A DNA stretch of 64,000 nucleotides from a bacterium (GTDB lineage Bacteria; Electryoneota; RPQS01): contig DASXUQ010000005.1 in the NCBI GenBank assembly GCA_036504735.1, forward strand, positions 153,377-217,376, in the 5' to 3' direction. The notes below the pieces were generated by a model. It saw only the letters and a list, made by a program, of their open reading frames with translations. It was not told the origin of the DNA and did no database searches. The first letter of the stretch is position 1. Every line of letters begins with the position of its first letter. Positions 10,770 through 20,372 of this stretch are shown one piece after another. Both the position numbers and the translations under genes were made by a program.

Positions 10770-11555
10770 CTATTCCGGCACAGGTTGATCGCTGGACTCC
10801 GTGCGAGCCACCAGCCCCAGTTGCATGGCCGTACTGTAAGCGGCCTGTTGTTCGGCGGCTTTTTTGGAGCGGCCCTCTCCCCTGCCGTGAACCACGCCAT
10901 TGATCAGGACTTCCACGACGAACCGCTTCAGATGATCGGGCCCGGATTCCTCCCGAAGGGCATACACCGGGGCCGACCACTGGCGCGATTGAACGTGTTC
11001 CAGAATCAGGCTCTTGTAGTTGACGAACTCTTTCTGGTGGACAACTTCCTTCCAGTTGCCGAGGAGATGAGTCTCGACGAAGTCCACCGCCGCTCCGTGT
11101 CCGCCGTCCAGATAGATGGCACCGATGATGGCTTCGAACGCATCTTCGAGGATCGAAGCGCGGTCGCGGCCTCCGGTGCGTTCTTCATTCGGGCTGAGCA
11201 GGATGAATTGCCCGAGGTCGATTTTCTGAGCGGCGCGGACAAGGACCGAGCCGCTGGCGATCACCGAGCGCAGTTTGGTCAATTCTCCTTCGGCCAGAGA
11301 CGGAAAGAGAGTGTAGAAATACTCGGCAATGATGAAGTCGAGGACGGCATCGCCGAGGAATTCGAGCCGCTCATTGGACTTGGAACGCTCCTCGCCCAAG
11401 ATCGGCAACACAGAGCGGTGTTTGAGAGCGCCGACGAGCAGCGTCTTATCCTTAAAGCGATACCCGATGTTGGCCTGCAGACCGGAGACCCGCTGGAGAA
11501 CTTCCGCTGGAACGCGGGGCTCAGCGCGGCGAAAGAATCTGCTGATCCAAGACAT
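10770..11555 (-). CDS. rnc: Ribonuclease III
   Basis: ERLEFLGDAVL signature and a C-terminal dsRBD (GEGRSKKAAEQQAA). Confidence 0.9.
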   Translation of the reverse strand: MSWISRFFRRAEPRVPAEVLQRVSGLQANIGYRFKDKTLLVGALKHRSVLPILGEERSKSNERLEFLGDAVLDFIIAEYFYTLFPSLAEGELTKLRSVIASGSVLVRAAQKIDLGQFILLSPNEERTGGRDRASILEDAFEAIIGAIYLDGGHGAAVDFVETHLLGNWKEVVHQKEFVNYKSLILEHVQSRQWSAPVYALREESGPDHLKRFVVEVLINGVVHGRGEGRSKKAAEQQAAYSTAMQLGLVARTESSDQPVPE

Positions 11556-11568
11556 GGGGTTTTAAGGA

Positions 11569-12840
11569 TTAGGAGTTGCGGTAATCGGGCTTTGCAAAGA
11601 CCAGAGTGGAATTGTGACCGCCGAAGCCGAACGAGTTGGAGACGGCGACATTGACTTGCCGTTTTTCCGACTTGTTGGGCACGTAGTAGAGGTCACAGGC
11701 CGGATCCTGATTCTCGAGATTGATCGTCGGGGGGACGATATTATCCCGGGTGGCGAGGATGCAGGCAATGGCCTCTATCGCACCGGCCGCTCCGAGGCAG
11801 TGGCCGGTCATGGATTTGGTCGACGACACGGCGAGCTTGTCGGCATGGGCTCCGAAGACCTCGCGAATCGCTTTGGTTTCGGTGGGATCGCCGACATCGG
11901 TGGACGTGCCGTGGGCATTGACGTAATTGACGTCATCGGGCCGGATGCCGCTGTCCTTAAGCGCGGCCTGCATCGAACGCGTAGCGCCCGCGCCTTCCGG
12001 ATGGGGAGCCGTGATGTGGTAGGCATCGCCGCCGGCGCCGGTACCGAGAAGTTCGGCATAAATGTGAGCGCCGCGAGCGAGGGCATGCTCCCGTTCTTCA
12101 AGGATCAGAATGCCCGCGCCTTCACCGATGACGAAACCATCGCGGTCGCGGTCGAAAGGACGGCTGGCGCGCTGGGGTTCATCATTGCGAGTGGAGAGGG
12201 CTTTCAGTGCATTGAAGCCGGCAACGCCCATGTGATTGATCGGGGCTTCCGTGCCACCGGTAACCATGACATCCGCCTCGCCCGCCTGAATCAGGCGCAT
12301 CGCGATGTGGATGGAATGACCGGCGGTGGCGCAAGCCGACACCACAGCGAAATTGGGACCTTGCAGTCCCCACTGGATGGAGATTTGTCCCGAGGTAATG
12401 TCGGGAATCATCATCGGCACAAAGAACGGGCTGACCCGCTTTGGACCTTTTTCCAGATAGATCTTGCACTGTTCTTCGAAGACCTGCATGCCACCAATAC
12501 CGCTGCCGACGATGACCCCGGTGCCCTTCAGCTCTTCGCTGGGGGTACCGTTCATCAGGCCGGAATCGTGCAGGGCCTGATGGGCCGCCACCAACCCGAA
12601 TTGGGTAAAGCGCTCCATGCGGCGCGCTTCTTTGGGATCGAGCACGGCGCTGGAGTTGAAGTCTTTGACTTCGCAGGCGAAGGTAGTTGCGAAACCCTCG
12701 GGGTTGAACTGCGTGATGGGACCGGCACCGCTCTGGCCCGCGCAGAGGGCAGCCCAGAACGCGTCAATACCGGTACCTACGGGGGATACGACACCCATAC
12801 CGGTGATAACCACCCGTCGTTTCATCTCGAAGTGCCTCAA
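11569..12840 (-). CDS. fabF: 3-oxoacyl-ACP synthase II
   Basis: KAS II architecture: VVITGMGVVSP, the active-site Cys region (VSACATAGHSI) and the C-terminal HGTSTDVGD / NSFGFGGHN motifs. Confidence 0.95.
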   Translation of the reverse strand: MRHFEMKRRVVITGMGVVSPVGTGIDAFWAALCAGQSGAGPITQFNPEGFATTFACEVKDFNSSAVLDPKEARRMERFTQFGLVAAHQALHDSGLMNGTPSEELKGTGVIVGSGIGGMQVFEEQCKIYLEKGPKRVSPFFVPMMIPDITSGQISIQWGLQGPNFAVVSACATAGHSIHIAMRLIQAGEADVMVTGGTEAPINHMGVAGFNALKALSTRNDEPQRASRPFDRDRDGFVIGEGAGILILEEREHALARGAHIYAELLGTGAGGDAYHITAPHPEGAGATRSMQAALKDSGIRPDDVNYVNAHGTSTDVGDPTETKAIREVFGAHADKLAVSSTKSMTGHCLGAAGAIEAIACILATRDNIVPPTINLENQDPACDLYYVPNKSEKRQVNVAVSNSFGFGGHNSTLVFAKPDYRNS

Positions 12841-12844
12841 GTTA

Positions 12845-13093
12845 TTACTTGCCGTCCATCTTAAGTTTCAAATAGTCCATCGAGGCTCCCACGGTCTTCA
12901 TGGTCTCCGCGTCCTGATCGGGGATCTCCAGCTTGAATTCCTCTTCAAACGCCATCACGAGTTCGACCAGATCGAGGGAATCCGCGCCGAGATCTTCCAC
13001 ATAGCTCGCGGTGGGGGTCACGCTGGCCTCATCAACCTGGAGGCGGTCGGCGATGATCTTGCGAACTTTGGATTCGAGTTCAGTGTTGTCCAT
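12845..13093 (-). CDS. acpP: Acyl carrier protein
   Basis: [20 protein letters not shown] with the phosphopantetheine Ser; 82 aa. Confidence 0.95.
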   Translation of the reverse strand: MDNTELESKVRKIIADRLQVDEASVTPTASYVEDLGADSLDLVELVMAFEEEFKLEIPDQDAETMKTVGASMDYLKLKMDGK

Positions 13094-13150
13094 GAGAATG
13101 CAGTCTCCGATTTTGGTTTCGTGGATAAGGGAAAAACAGACGAGAGCGGA

Positions 13151-13900
13151 TCAGGTGTGCATACCACCGTCAACCACCAGAACCTGGCCCGTGATGTAGT
13201 CCGAGTCCGGGGAAATGAGAAACGCGCAGACACGCGCCACATCGTCGGGGTTTCCCAGATAGTTCAATGGGATGGACTTCAGATAGGCCGCCTGGGTTTC
13301 CGGTGAAAGCTGATGAGTCATCTCGGTGGCGATGAAACCGGGGGCCACCGCATTGGCGCGGATACCGCGCGCGCCAAATTCCTTAGCTACCGACTTGGTC
13401 AAGGCGATTACTCCGGCCTTGGAGGCGGAATAGTTGGCCTGTCCGGCATTCCCACTGACGCCGACGACCGAAGCGATATTGACAACCTTGCCGTAGCGGG
13501 CCTTCATCATCAGTTTGACGGCCGCCTTGGTGCAGACAAACGTACCTTTGAGATTCACGCTGATGACGCGATCCCAGTCGTCCTCACTCATGCGGATCAT
13601 CAGTCCGTCACGGGTAATACCCGCATTGTTTACGATGGCGGTCAGCGCGCCGAGTTCAGCGACGCAGCGCTGTGCAAACTGTTCCGCGCCGGCAAAGTCG
13701 GTGACATCCAGTTTCGCGTGAATGACGCGAGCGCCGGTTGCTGTACGAATTTCTTCGGCGGTGGCCACCAGTTCGGGTTCAAGAATATCGGTCAAACCAA
13801 GACTGGCGCCGCGATTGGCGAGTTCCACAGCGATGGACTTGCCGATACCGCGGGATGCACCCGTAATCCAAACCACCTTGCCCTGCAACTCCTGAGTCAT
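13151..13900 (-). CDS. fabG: 3-oxoacyl-ACP reductase
   Basis: SDR with TGASRGIGKSIA and YSASKAG, positioned within the fab operon. Confidence 0.9.
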   Translation of the reverse strand: MTQELQGKVVWITGASRGIGKSIAVELANRGASLGLTDILEPELVATAEEIRTATGARVIHAKLDVTDFAGAEQFAQRCVAELGALTAIVNNAGITRDGLMIRMSEDDWDRVISVNLKGTFVCTKAAVKLMMKARYGKVVNIASVVGVSGNAGQANYSASKAGVIALTKSVAKEFGARGIRANAVAPGFIATEMTHQLSPETQAAYLKSIPLNYLGNPDDVARVCAFLISPDSDYITGQVLVVDGGMHT

Positions 13901-14832
13901 TGAACGCTCGCGGTTTGATCCAGTTTGGACAAATCTCCGGCGGTGCCGATGCCGGTAGCTGCCGCGCCCTTGACGATGCGCTTCAGCAATCCCGAAAGCA
14001 CACTGCCGCTGCCGACTTCGAACCAGCGCACCTCGCCGAGGGTTGCCAGTTCATTCATACTCTCCGTCCAGCGGACGGGAGACAGCAACTGCTGGGCGAG
14101 CGACCGGCGCAGCGATTCGACATCTGTGTGCGGTTTGGCGGTCACATTCGACACCACGATGGCGGCAGGCTGCGAGAGCGGCGCGGCGGCAAGCGCCTGC
14201 GCGAGGGCTTCGGCAGCGGGCCGCATCAGCGGAGAATGGAACGCGCCGGAGACGGGCAATTCCTTCGCCAGCTTTGCACCTTGAGACTTGGCCATGTCGA
14301 CGGCTTTGCGCACGGCGTTGACTTCACCGGAGATGACCAGTTGACCGGGCGAATTGTAGTTCGCGGGGACGACGACGCCTTCCGATTCGAGTTCATAGCA
14401 GATGTCGCGCACGGCATCTTCATCGAGTCCGACCACGGCGGCCATGGTGCCGGGATTGGTGGTTCCGGCCTTCTGCATGGCTTCGGCGCGGGCTTTCACA
14501 AGACGCAGACCGTCGGCAAAGCTGAACGCGCCGGCGGCGTAGAGAGCCGAATATTCGCCGAGGCTATGCCCGGCGGCGGCATCCGGCTTCACACCACGCT
14601 GAGCGAGGAGTTCAGTAAGGATGCAGGAATGGACGTAAAGCGCGGGCTGAGTGATGCGGGTTTGTTTGAGGGCATCTTCGGGGCCTTCAAAGCAGGTCGC
14701 GGCCAGATCGAACCCGAGGATGTCGGCGGCTTCTGCGAAACGCGCACGCGCGGAATCGAACTGCGCGGCGAGGTCTTTGCCCATGCCGACGATTTGCGAA
14801 CCCTGTCCGGGGAAGAGGAAAACGGTTTTCAA
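13897..14832 (-). CDS. fabD: Malonyl-CoA:ACP transacylase
   Basis: FLFPGQGSQ and GHSLGEYSAL motifs. Confidence 0.9.
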   Translation of the reverse strand: MKTVFLFPGQGSQIVGMGKDLAAQFDSARARFAEAADILGFDLAATCFEGPEDALKQTRITQPALYVHSCILTELLAQRGVKPDAAAGHSLGEYSALYAAGAFSFADGLRLVKARAEAMQKAGTTNPGTMAAVVGLDEDAVRDICYELESEGVVVPANYNSPGQLVISGEVNAVRKAVDMAKSQGAKLAKELPVSGAFHSPLMRPAAEALAQALAAAPLSQPAAIVVSNVTAKPHTDVESLRRSLAQQLLSPVRWTESMNELATLGEVRWFEVGSGSVLSGLLKRIVKGAAATGIGTAGDLSKLDQTASVQ

Positions 14833-14935
14833 AGGTATGTCAGGTGTCGGTAAATTTGATTTGGATCGAGATTGTCTTGCTTAGAGCGGCTGTGCTTACT
14901 CTTTACGATCGTGCCGGCAGACCCCCATCCCCCGG

Positions 14936-14962
14936 CCCTTTCCCCATGAAATGGAGAAAGGG
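14936..14962 (-). other. Stable hairpin (about 11 bp stem with one bulge, GAA loop) in the 152-nt fabH-fabD intergenic spacer
   Basis: CCCTTTCcCCAT-GAA-ATGGaGAAAGGG read directly from the sequence. A possible intra-operon processing or attenuation site. Confidence 0.3.
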
Positions 14963-14984
14963 GAGAAAGAAGAGAAGTCGAACC

Positions 14985-15995
14985 TTAGAAGCGGATGACG
15001 GAACCGCCCCAGGTGAAGCCGCCACCGAAGGCGACGCAGAGGGCGGTGTGGCCGTCTTTGATCAGACCTTCCCGGCGGCCATCGTCGAGGGCAAACGGAA
15101 TGGACGCGGAGGAATTGTTGCCGTATTTCTGAATGGTGACGATGACGCGTTCCATAGGCAGACCGACGCGCTCAGCGGTGGCCTTGATGATGCGCGCATT
15201 GGCCTGATGGGGAACCAGCCAGTCGATTTCGCCTTTGTGTACACCGGCGCGCTCGAGAGCGGTCACGGCGCACTTTTCCATAATGCGAACGGCATGGCGG
15301 AAAACTTCGTTGCCATTCATGTAGAGCAGTTGCTGGCCGGGGACTTCCTTGCAGGAACTGTTGGAGCCCGCGCTGCCGTGGCCGATGCAGTAAAGCAGAT
15401 TCGATGCATCACCGCCCGACCCGATGTAGGTGGACAGAATCCCGCGCTCATCGGTGGCTTCAGTCAGCACGACGGCACCGGCACCATCACCGAAGAGCAC
15501 GCACGTGCCGCGGTCGGTCCAGTCGGTAATCAGGCTGAGCAATTCCGCGCCGATCACGAGACCTTTCTTGGCGCGCCCGAGAGCGATTAAGGCTTCGGCC
15601 TGATACAGGCAATAGAGAAAGCCCGAGCAGGTGGCGCTGATATCCCAGCACGTCGCGTTTTTGGCGTGCAGCGCTTCCTGGACAAAGATCGCGGTTGCCG
15701 GAAAGCGCATATCCGGGGAGATCGTTCCGATAATGATAAAGTCCAGCTCTTCGGCGGTCACGCCGGCATCATCGAGGGCGATCCGGGCAGCCTTGATACA
15801 ATATTCAGAGGTACGTTCGCCGCGTTTGGCAATGTGGCGTTCCTTGATACCGCTGCGGGTGGTAATCCACTCGTCGGTCGTATCCACGATCTGTTCGAGG
15901 TCCGCATTGGTGATCACGGTTTCCGGAACCGCTTTGCCGGTGCCGGCGATCCGCGCAAACGGCTTGCCTCGCTTATTCCAATCAGTCATCGTCAC
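14985..15995 (-). CDS. fabH: 3-oxoacyl-ACP synthase III
   Basis: KAS III motifs: active-site Cys in AWDISATCSGFLY, plus HQANARII and a GFGGGFTWG C-terminus. Confidence 0.9.
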   Translation of the reverse strand: MTMTDWNKRGKPFARIAGTGKAVPETVITNADLEQIVDTTDEWITTRSGIKERHIAKRGERTSEYCIKAARIALDDAGVTAEELDFIIIGTISPDMRFPATAIFVQEALHAKNATCWDISATCSGFLYCLYQAEALIALGRAKKGLVIGAELLSLITDWTDRGTCVLFGDGAGAVVLTEATDERGILSTYIGSGGDASNLLYCIGHGSAGSNSSCKEVPGQQLLYMNGNEVFRHAVRIMEKCAVTALERAGVHKGEIDWLVPHQANARIIKATAERVGLPMERVIVTIQKYGNNSSASIPFALDDGRREGLIKDGHTALCVAFGGGFTWGGSVIRF

Positions 15996-17055
15996 CTTTA
16001 TTCATTTCCAACTCATCGCGCCGGTCATGGAAGCTTTTGAGCCGGGCCATGCCTCGGGTAAAGACGCCCACGTCGTATTTGGCGACGCCGCGATTGAGGG
16101 CCCCGGGAAGGTCGGCTTTGCGGAGCGTGACAGCTTCCCGGATAGCATTCTTGATGGCTTTGGCAGAGGAGCGGCCATGGCAGATCACGGAGATCCCGTT
16201 GATTCCGAGCAACGGCACGCCGCCGATCTCGGCATAGTCGAAGTCCTTCTGCATTTGTTTCAGATTGTCGGCAATCTGTGAGCTGGACGTCGCTTTGGCG
16301 CCGAGGCGATTCAGGACCATGCTGCCCACGGATTCGGCGAACTTGAGAATGATATTGCCGACGAAGCCGTCACAGACGAGCACGTCGGCCTTGCCGTTCA
16401 TCACGTCGCCGCCTTCGACATTGCCGATGAAATTCAGGCCGCTCTGCTCGAGCAGATAATGCGAGGCCATCACGAGTTCATTGCCCTTGGTCTTCTCTTC
16501 TCCAATAGAGAGCAGTCCGACCCTGGGGCTGGCGTTCCCGGTGAGAATCTCCACGAAGACCGAACCCATGATGGCGAACTGGAGAAGATTGGCCGGTTTG
16601 CAGTCCGTGTTGGCGCCGACATCGACGAGCACCGTGAACCGTCCGCCGCCGATGGGAAACAGGCTGCCGATGGTAGGCCGACGGACACCTTCAATGAGCC
16701 CCAGCATCATGTAGCTGGCGGCCATCTGGGCTCCGGTGTGACCGGCGGACACAATGGCATCGGCGTCGCCCGATTGGTGCAGGGCGACGGCACGCATCAG
16801 CGAGCTATTGCGTTTTTCGCGCACAGCACGGCTGGCCTTATCGGACATAGAGATAACTTCGGGCGCATCCGCGATATGGATGCGCGACTCCGTATCCCGT
16901 CCGCGCTGTGCGAGTTCCTGGCGGAGAAGCTGCTCGGGACCGACAAGGATGACTTCAAGGTCAGCATCCAATTCTTCGAGCGCGAGCAATGCGCCGTCCA
17001 CAGGACTGCCGGGGGCGTGATCGCCACCCATAGCATCCAACGCAATTTTCATCAA
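15982..17055 (-). CDS. plsX: Phosphate acyltransferase PlsX
   Basis: KIALDAMGGDHAP N-terminus and the conserved rpmF-plsX-fabH order. Confidence 0.9.
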   Translation of the reverse strand: MMKIALDAMGGDHAPGSPVDGALLALEELDADLEVILVGPEQLLRQELAQRGRDTESRIHIADAPEVISMSDKASRAVREKRNSSLMRAVALHQSGDADAIVSAGHTGAQMAASYMMLGLIEGVRRPTIGSLFPIGGGRFTVLVDVGANTDCKPANLLQFAIMGSVFVEILTGNASPRVGLLSIGEEKTKGNELVMASHYLLEQSGLNFIGNVEGGDVMNGKADVLVCDGFVGNIILKFAESVGSMVLNRLGAKATSSSQIADNLKQMQKDFDYAEIGGVPLLGINGISVICHGRSSAKAIKNAIREAVTLRKADLPGALNRGVAKYDVGVFTRGMARLKSFHDRRDELEMNKGDDD

Positions 17056-17085
17056 CGAGTGCGATTCAGCAGAGGGAAAGGGAAG

Positions 17086-17268
17086 TTATGAAGCCTTAAC
17101 AGGTGTGACAAAACGGCCACCGTAATAGCCGCAACTGGAGCACATGTGGTGCGGGGCGACGACCGCGCCGCAATTGGAACAGGTGCTCACCGTGGGCTTG
17201 GCCAGTTTGAAGTTGGCCCGTCTGCGATCGCGACGGGATTTGCCGGTTCGTCGTTTAGGTACAGGCAT
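17086..17268 (-). CDS. rpmF: 50S ribosomal protein L32
   Basis: MPVPKRRTGKSRRDRRRANFKL... with the CSNCG...CSSCGYY zinc ribbon; 60 aa. Confidence 0.9.
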   Translation of the reverse strand: MPVPKRRTGKSRRDRRRANFKLAKPTVSTCSNCGAVVAPHHMCSSCGYYGGRFVTPVKAS

Positions 17269-17311
17269 GTCCGAGGGGGGTTAGGTGATATATGGAACGA
17301 ATGAAATGACG

Positions 17312-17794
17312 TTAACAGTGCGGGCAGGTCTCGACGTTGAGATCGGCGCCGCATTGGGGGCAGAGACCTTTACAATCTTCCCGGCACAGATGCTTATCGG
17401 GCATGGCCAGGATGATGATGTCCCGCAGGTCGCCGGTGATGTCGAGATCCACGATGTTGTTCGGGATGTAGGAGATATCCGAATCATCGGGTTCATCGGC
17501 CGCGGCGACCCTTCCCATGACATAGAGCATGGGAGAATGTACGGACAAGGGATGAGCAAACGTAGTCAGGCAGCGGTCGCATTCCAACTGAACCTCGGTA
17601 TCCACGCCAAAGTCAAACTGCAGATACGGATCGTGCCGATCCAGCATGAGCAGCGTATGAATTGGGGCTGTGAAGACCTCGGGATCGAGGTTCAAGTCCT
17701 GCGCCGTTACCGTCTCGGCGATCTTGTGAACGCCTTGCGGATATGTGGAGAGATGTATTTTCACGTTACTAAGCTCAAACAACAAATATAACAA
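17312..17794 (-). CDS. yceD: YceD/DUF177 family protein (large-subunit rRNA accumulation protein)
   Basis: Conserved position upstream of rpmF and a C-terminal CxxC...CPQCG...CPHC metal-binding motif. Confidence 0.8.
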   Translation of the reverse strand: MLYLLFELSNVKIHLSTYPQGVHKIAETVTAQDLNLDPEVFTAPIHTLLMLDRHDPYLQFDFGVDTEVQLECDRCLTTFAHPLSVHSPMLYVMGRVAAADEPDDSDISYIPNNIVDLDITGDLRDIIILAMPDKHLCREDCKGLCPQCGADLNVETCPHC

Positions 17795-17905
17795 GACCTT
17801 GCCAAAAGATCAAGTCTCTTTTTTCATTCACTGGGACAATCACTTTTCACTGAGATTCCTTCTCACCCCATTACAGTATGTTAATTAATAGCTAAGCAGA
17901 TCTAT
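17795..17905 (-). promoter_or_regulatory. AT-rich putative promoter region of the yceD-rpmF-plsX-fab operon
   Basis: 264-nt intergenic region upstream of yceD with local AT-rich tracts (ttaattaatagct, tttttcattcact) in an otherwise GC-rich genome. No precise -35/-10 assigned. Confidence 0.3.
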
Positions 17906-17993
17906 GACACGACGGGTCCGGAATAGCCCAAACAGCCCGCGAGGCTTTTTGAGGGTCAGCCAACGCTTGGGGCGAAGGTGGCAGAAAATGAAG

Positions 17994-18018
17994 GCGGACT
18001 CCCGAGTTGAGAGTCCGC
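17994..18018 (-). terminator. Rho-independent terminator downstream of the bifunctional-nuclease gene
   Basis: 8-bp perfect stem GCGGACTC/GAGTCCGC with a 9-nt loop. On the minus strand it is followed by a T-rich tract (TTCATTTTCTGC). Confidence 0.5.
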
Positions 18019-18058
18019 AGAATTTATCCCAAGCATTTCGATCTTGTGAGCCGCGAGT

Positions 18059-18634
18059 TCAATCGCCTTTTTCGCTTTTTTCCCCGGGGTTACGTGGTTC
18101 GCCGAGTTTTGATTCAAGGGACCGTATGTGGTCGCGAATTTTTGCCGCTTCTTCATACGCTTCCGTTTCGACGCACTCTTTGAGCTTCTGGTGCAGGTAG
18201 GCGATTTGCTCCACAGCCGACCGGTTGACCGGCTCATTGGAGACAGCGGCGCCTTCCATGACTTTTTCGGCGACCTGAATGGGGGCCTTCATCTTGAGAG
18301 CGAGGGCAATGGCATCCGAGGGACGAGCATCAATCTGCTTGAGTTCCCCTTTGGCGGTACGAAGTTCGACGACCGCGTAAAATGTGTTATCCTTAAGGTC
18401 ATTGACCGTCGAGGAGACGATGGTCACGCTGCCGGATTCGAGAATACTGGCGAAAAGGTCATACGTCATTGGCCGGGCATATTCCAGCCCTTGCAGCAAG
18501 AACGAAATGCTCTGGGCTTCGGCGGCACCGATGAAGATCGGCAACCACCGTTCCCCGTCCTTTTCTTTGAGGATAACCACGTAGCCCTGATAGGGCGGGC
18601 ATACGGAGATCCCGATAACATCAACAGGTATCAC
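18059..18634 (-). CDS. Bifunctional nuclease (BFN/DUF151) domain protein with C-terminal UVR motif
   Basis: A DUF151-like N-terminal domain (YVVILKEKDGERWLPIFIGAAEAQSI) and a UvrB/UvrC-like motif (ETEAYEEAAKIRDHIRSLE). Confidence 0.75.
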   Translation of the reverse strand: MIPVDVIGISVCPPYQGYVVILKEKDGERWLPIFIGAAEAQSISFLLQGLEYARPMTYDLFASILESGSVTIVSSTVNDLKDNTFYAVVELRTAKGELKQIDARPSDAIALALKMKAPIQVAEKVMEGAAVSNEPVNRSAVEQIAYLHQKLKECVETEAYEEAAKIRDHIRSLESKLGEPRNPGEKSEKGD

Positions 18635-18822
18635 CTTATTCCTCCCAAGACAATGAAGCAGTCTGGATGCATGTCCCGCTGTTGGCCGCTTGCACGCAAG
18701 CCCTCAGCCAAGTGAGCACGGGCAAGATTCAAGCCAGAAGCCGCCTCTTTCAAATGTGTAACGCAGAAGCACGGCAAAAAGTTGTCCAAGTGGCCCTTTG
18801 AAGCACTGTAAGCCCACAATAG

Positions 18823-20331
18823 CTAAGGTTTTTCGTCCTTCAATTGGCTTCTGATGATCTTACCTCCCGGAGTGCGTGGAAGTTCCTTGTAGAGTTTCAC
18901 GACTTTGGGGCATTTATACACGGCAGCGCGCTCTTTGACATACTCAATGACTTCGCTGGGTCCGATGCTGGCACCCTCTTTGAGCACGACGCAGGCTTTG
19001 ATCTCTTCACCATAGACCGGATCGGGGATACCGACTACGGCAACTTCCTGCACATGTGGCAATCCTTCGACAATCTCCTCGACTTCACGGCAGCAGATCG
19101 TGAACCCGCCTTTAACGATGAGTTCGCTGGAATGACCGCATACAAAGAGATTGGACTGGTAATCGAGGCTGCCACGGTCGCCGGTGTAAAACCAACCATC
19201 GCGCAGCGCCTGCCTCGTGCGGTCAGGACGATTGCGGTAGCCCCGCATCACAGCGGGACCGCGAACACTGATCTGGCCGATAGACTCCGCCGGAGCAGGC
19301 TCGCCGGATTCGTCGGTGATTTGAATTTCATGATCGCCGATGGGCTGACCGACGGAACCGCGCGGCAAAAGAGATGGGAAAAGATTAAGCGCAATCACAC
19401 CGCACGTCTCGGTGCTCCCATAAGCCTCCATGACGCGCAGTTTGAGCTTCTCCTCCACATCCCGCGCGACGCTGTCGGTCAGTTTGGCATCGCAGCAGAT
19501 GGCGTAACGCACCTGGCTCAAATCATATTTTTCCGGCGACGGGAAACCTGCCATAAACGCGTAGCCGGACGGGCTGGCGACAAGAACCGTGATCTGTTTC
19601 TCGTGCAGCGACTTCAACGCGTCCCCGGGATGGAAACGAGACTGAATGTCGAGCAGCCCACCGTTGGAAAGCGGCAGATGAACAGCCATACACAGACCGG
19701 CAGCAGACGTAAACGGCAGCAGCCCGAGAAAGCGGTCGGTTTCATGGATCCGGAGCATGGAGGTCAGTTCCGACGCATGAGACGTCAGATTGCCGTGCGT
19801 CAATTCAACGCCACGCGCATGGCCGCTGATTCCGGACGTGTACAATATGACGGCGAGATCGTCGCCGGTGAGAGACGAATCCGACGGCAGCGGCGAGCCC
19901 TGAGCAATCATGTCCACCAGGCTGTCCGCACCGGCAGGAATGTCTTCCCCGACGTAAGCGCGAAAGCGCAAAGACTCGCTTTGCTGAACTGCTTTTTCGG
20001 CATCGAAAGCGAGGTGGCTCCAGGCGATAATCGCGGAGGCTTCGGAGTCTTCGAGTTGCCACGTGATTTCGCGCGCCTTGCTTTGGGCGTGAATGGGCAC
20101 GGAGACGGCACCCAATCCCAGCACCGCCAGATGGGCAATCACGAAATGCGGACAGTTGGGCAGGAGCAGCGCGACACGGTCGCCTTTGGAAATGCCGCGA
20201 GCCGCAAGCGCCCCACGCAGACGCTCTACCGCGGCACCGAGTGCGGCGAAGCTGTGAGTCTGGCCATTAAAGATAACAGCAGTGCGATCGGCGCAGCGGG
20301 TAACAGAATGGTCGAACGCGGTAATGAGCAT
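18823..20331 (-). CDS. ANL-superfamily acyl-CoA/acyl-ACP synthetase (AMP-dependent ligase) with variant P-loop
   Basis: Motifs YTSGISGHARG (a variant of T-S-G-T-T-G-x-P-K-G), YGSTE and PRTPGGKIIR at the C-terminus. Confidence 0.85.
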   Translation of the reverse strand: MLITAFDHSVTRCADRTAVIFNGQTHSFAALGAAVERLRGALAARGISKGDRVALLLPNCPHFVIAHLAVLGLGAVSVPIHAQSKAREITWQLEDSEASAIIAWSHLAFDAEKAVQQSESLRFRAYVGEDIPAGADSLVDMIAQGSPLPSDSSLTGDDLAVILYTSGISGHARGVELTHGNLTSHASELTSMLRIHETDRFLGLLPFTSAAGLCMAVHLPLSNGGLLDIQSRFHPGDALKSLHEKQITVLVASPSGYAFMAGFPSPEKYDLSQVRYAICCDAKLTDSVARDVEEKLKLRVMEAYGSTETCGVIALNLFPSLLPRGSVGQPIGDHEIQITDESGEPAPAESIGQISVRGPAVMRGYRNRPDRTRQALRDGWFYTGDRGSLDYQSNLFVCGHSSELIVKGGFTICCREVEEIVEGLPHVQEVAVVGIPDPVYGEEIKACVVLKEGASIGPSEVIEYVKERAAVYKCPKVVKLYKELPRTPGGKIIRSQLKDEKP

Positions 20332-20372
20332 GTGTGATAATAAGGGTGACTACGGATGAGAAGGGAAAATGC

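Noticed and set aside
18631-18819. 62-aa ORF in the same frame immediately downstream of the ANL ligase (possible readthrough or selenoprotein extension)
   Set aside because: The ligase ends with the canonical C-terminal PGGKIIRSQL... motif, and the intervening stop is TAG, not TGA. The downstream peptide has no features.
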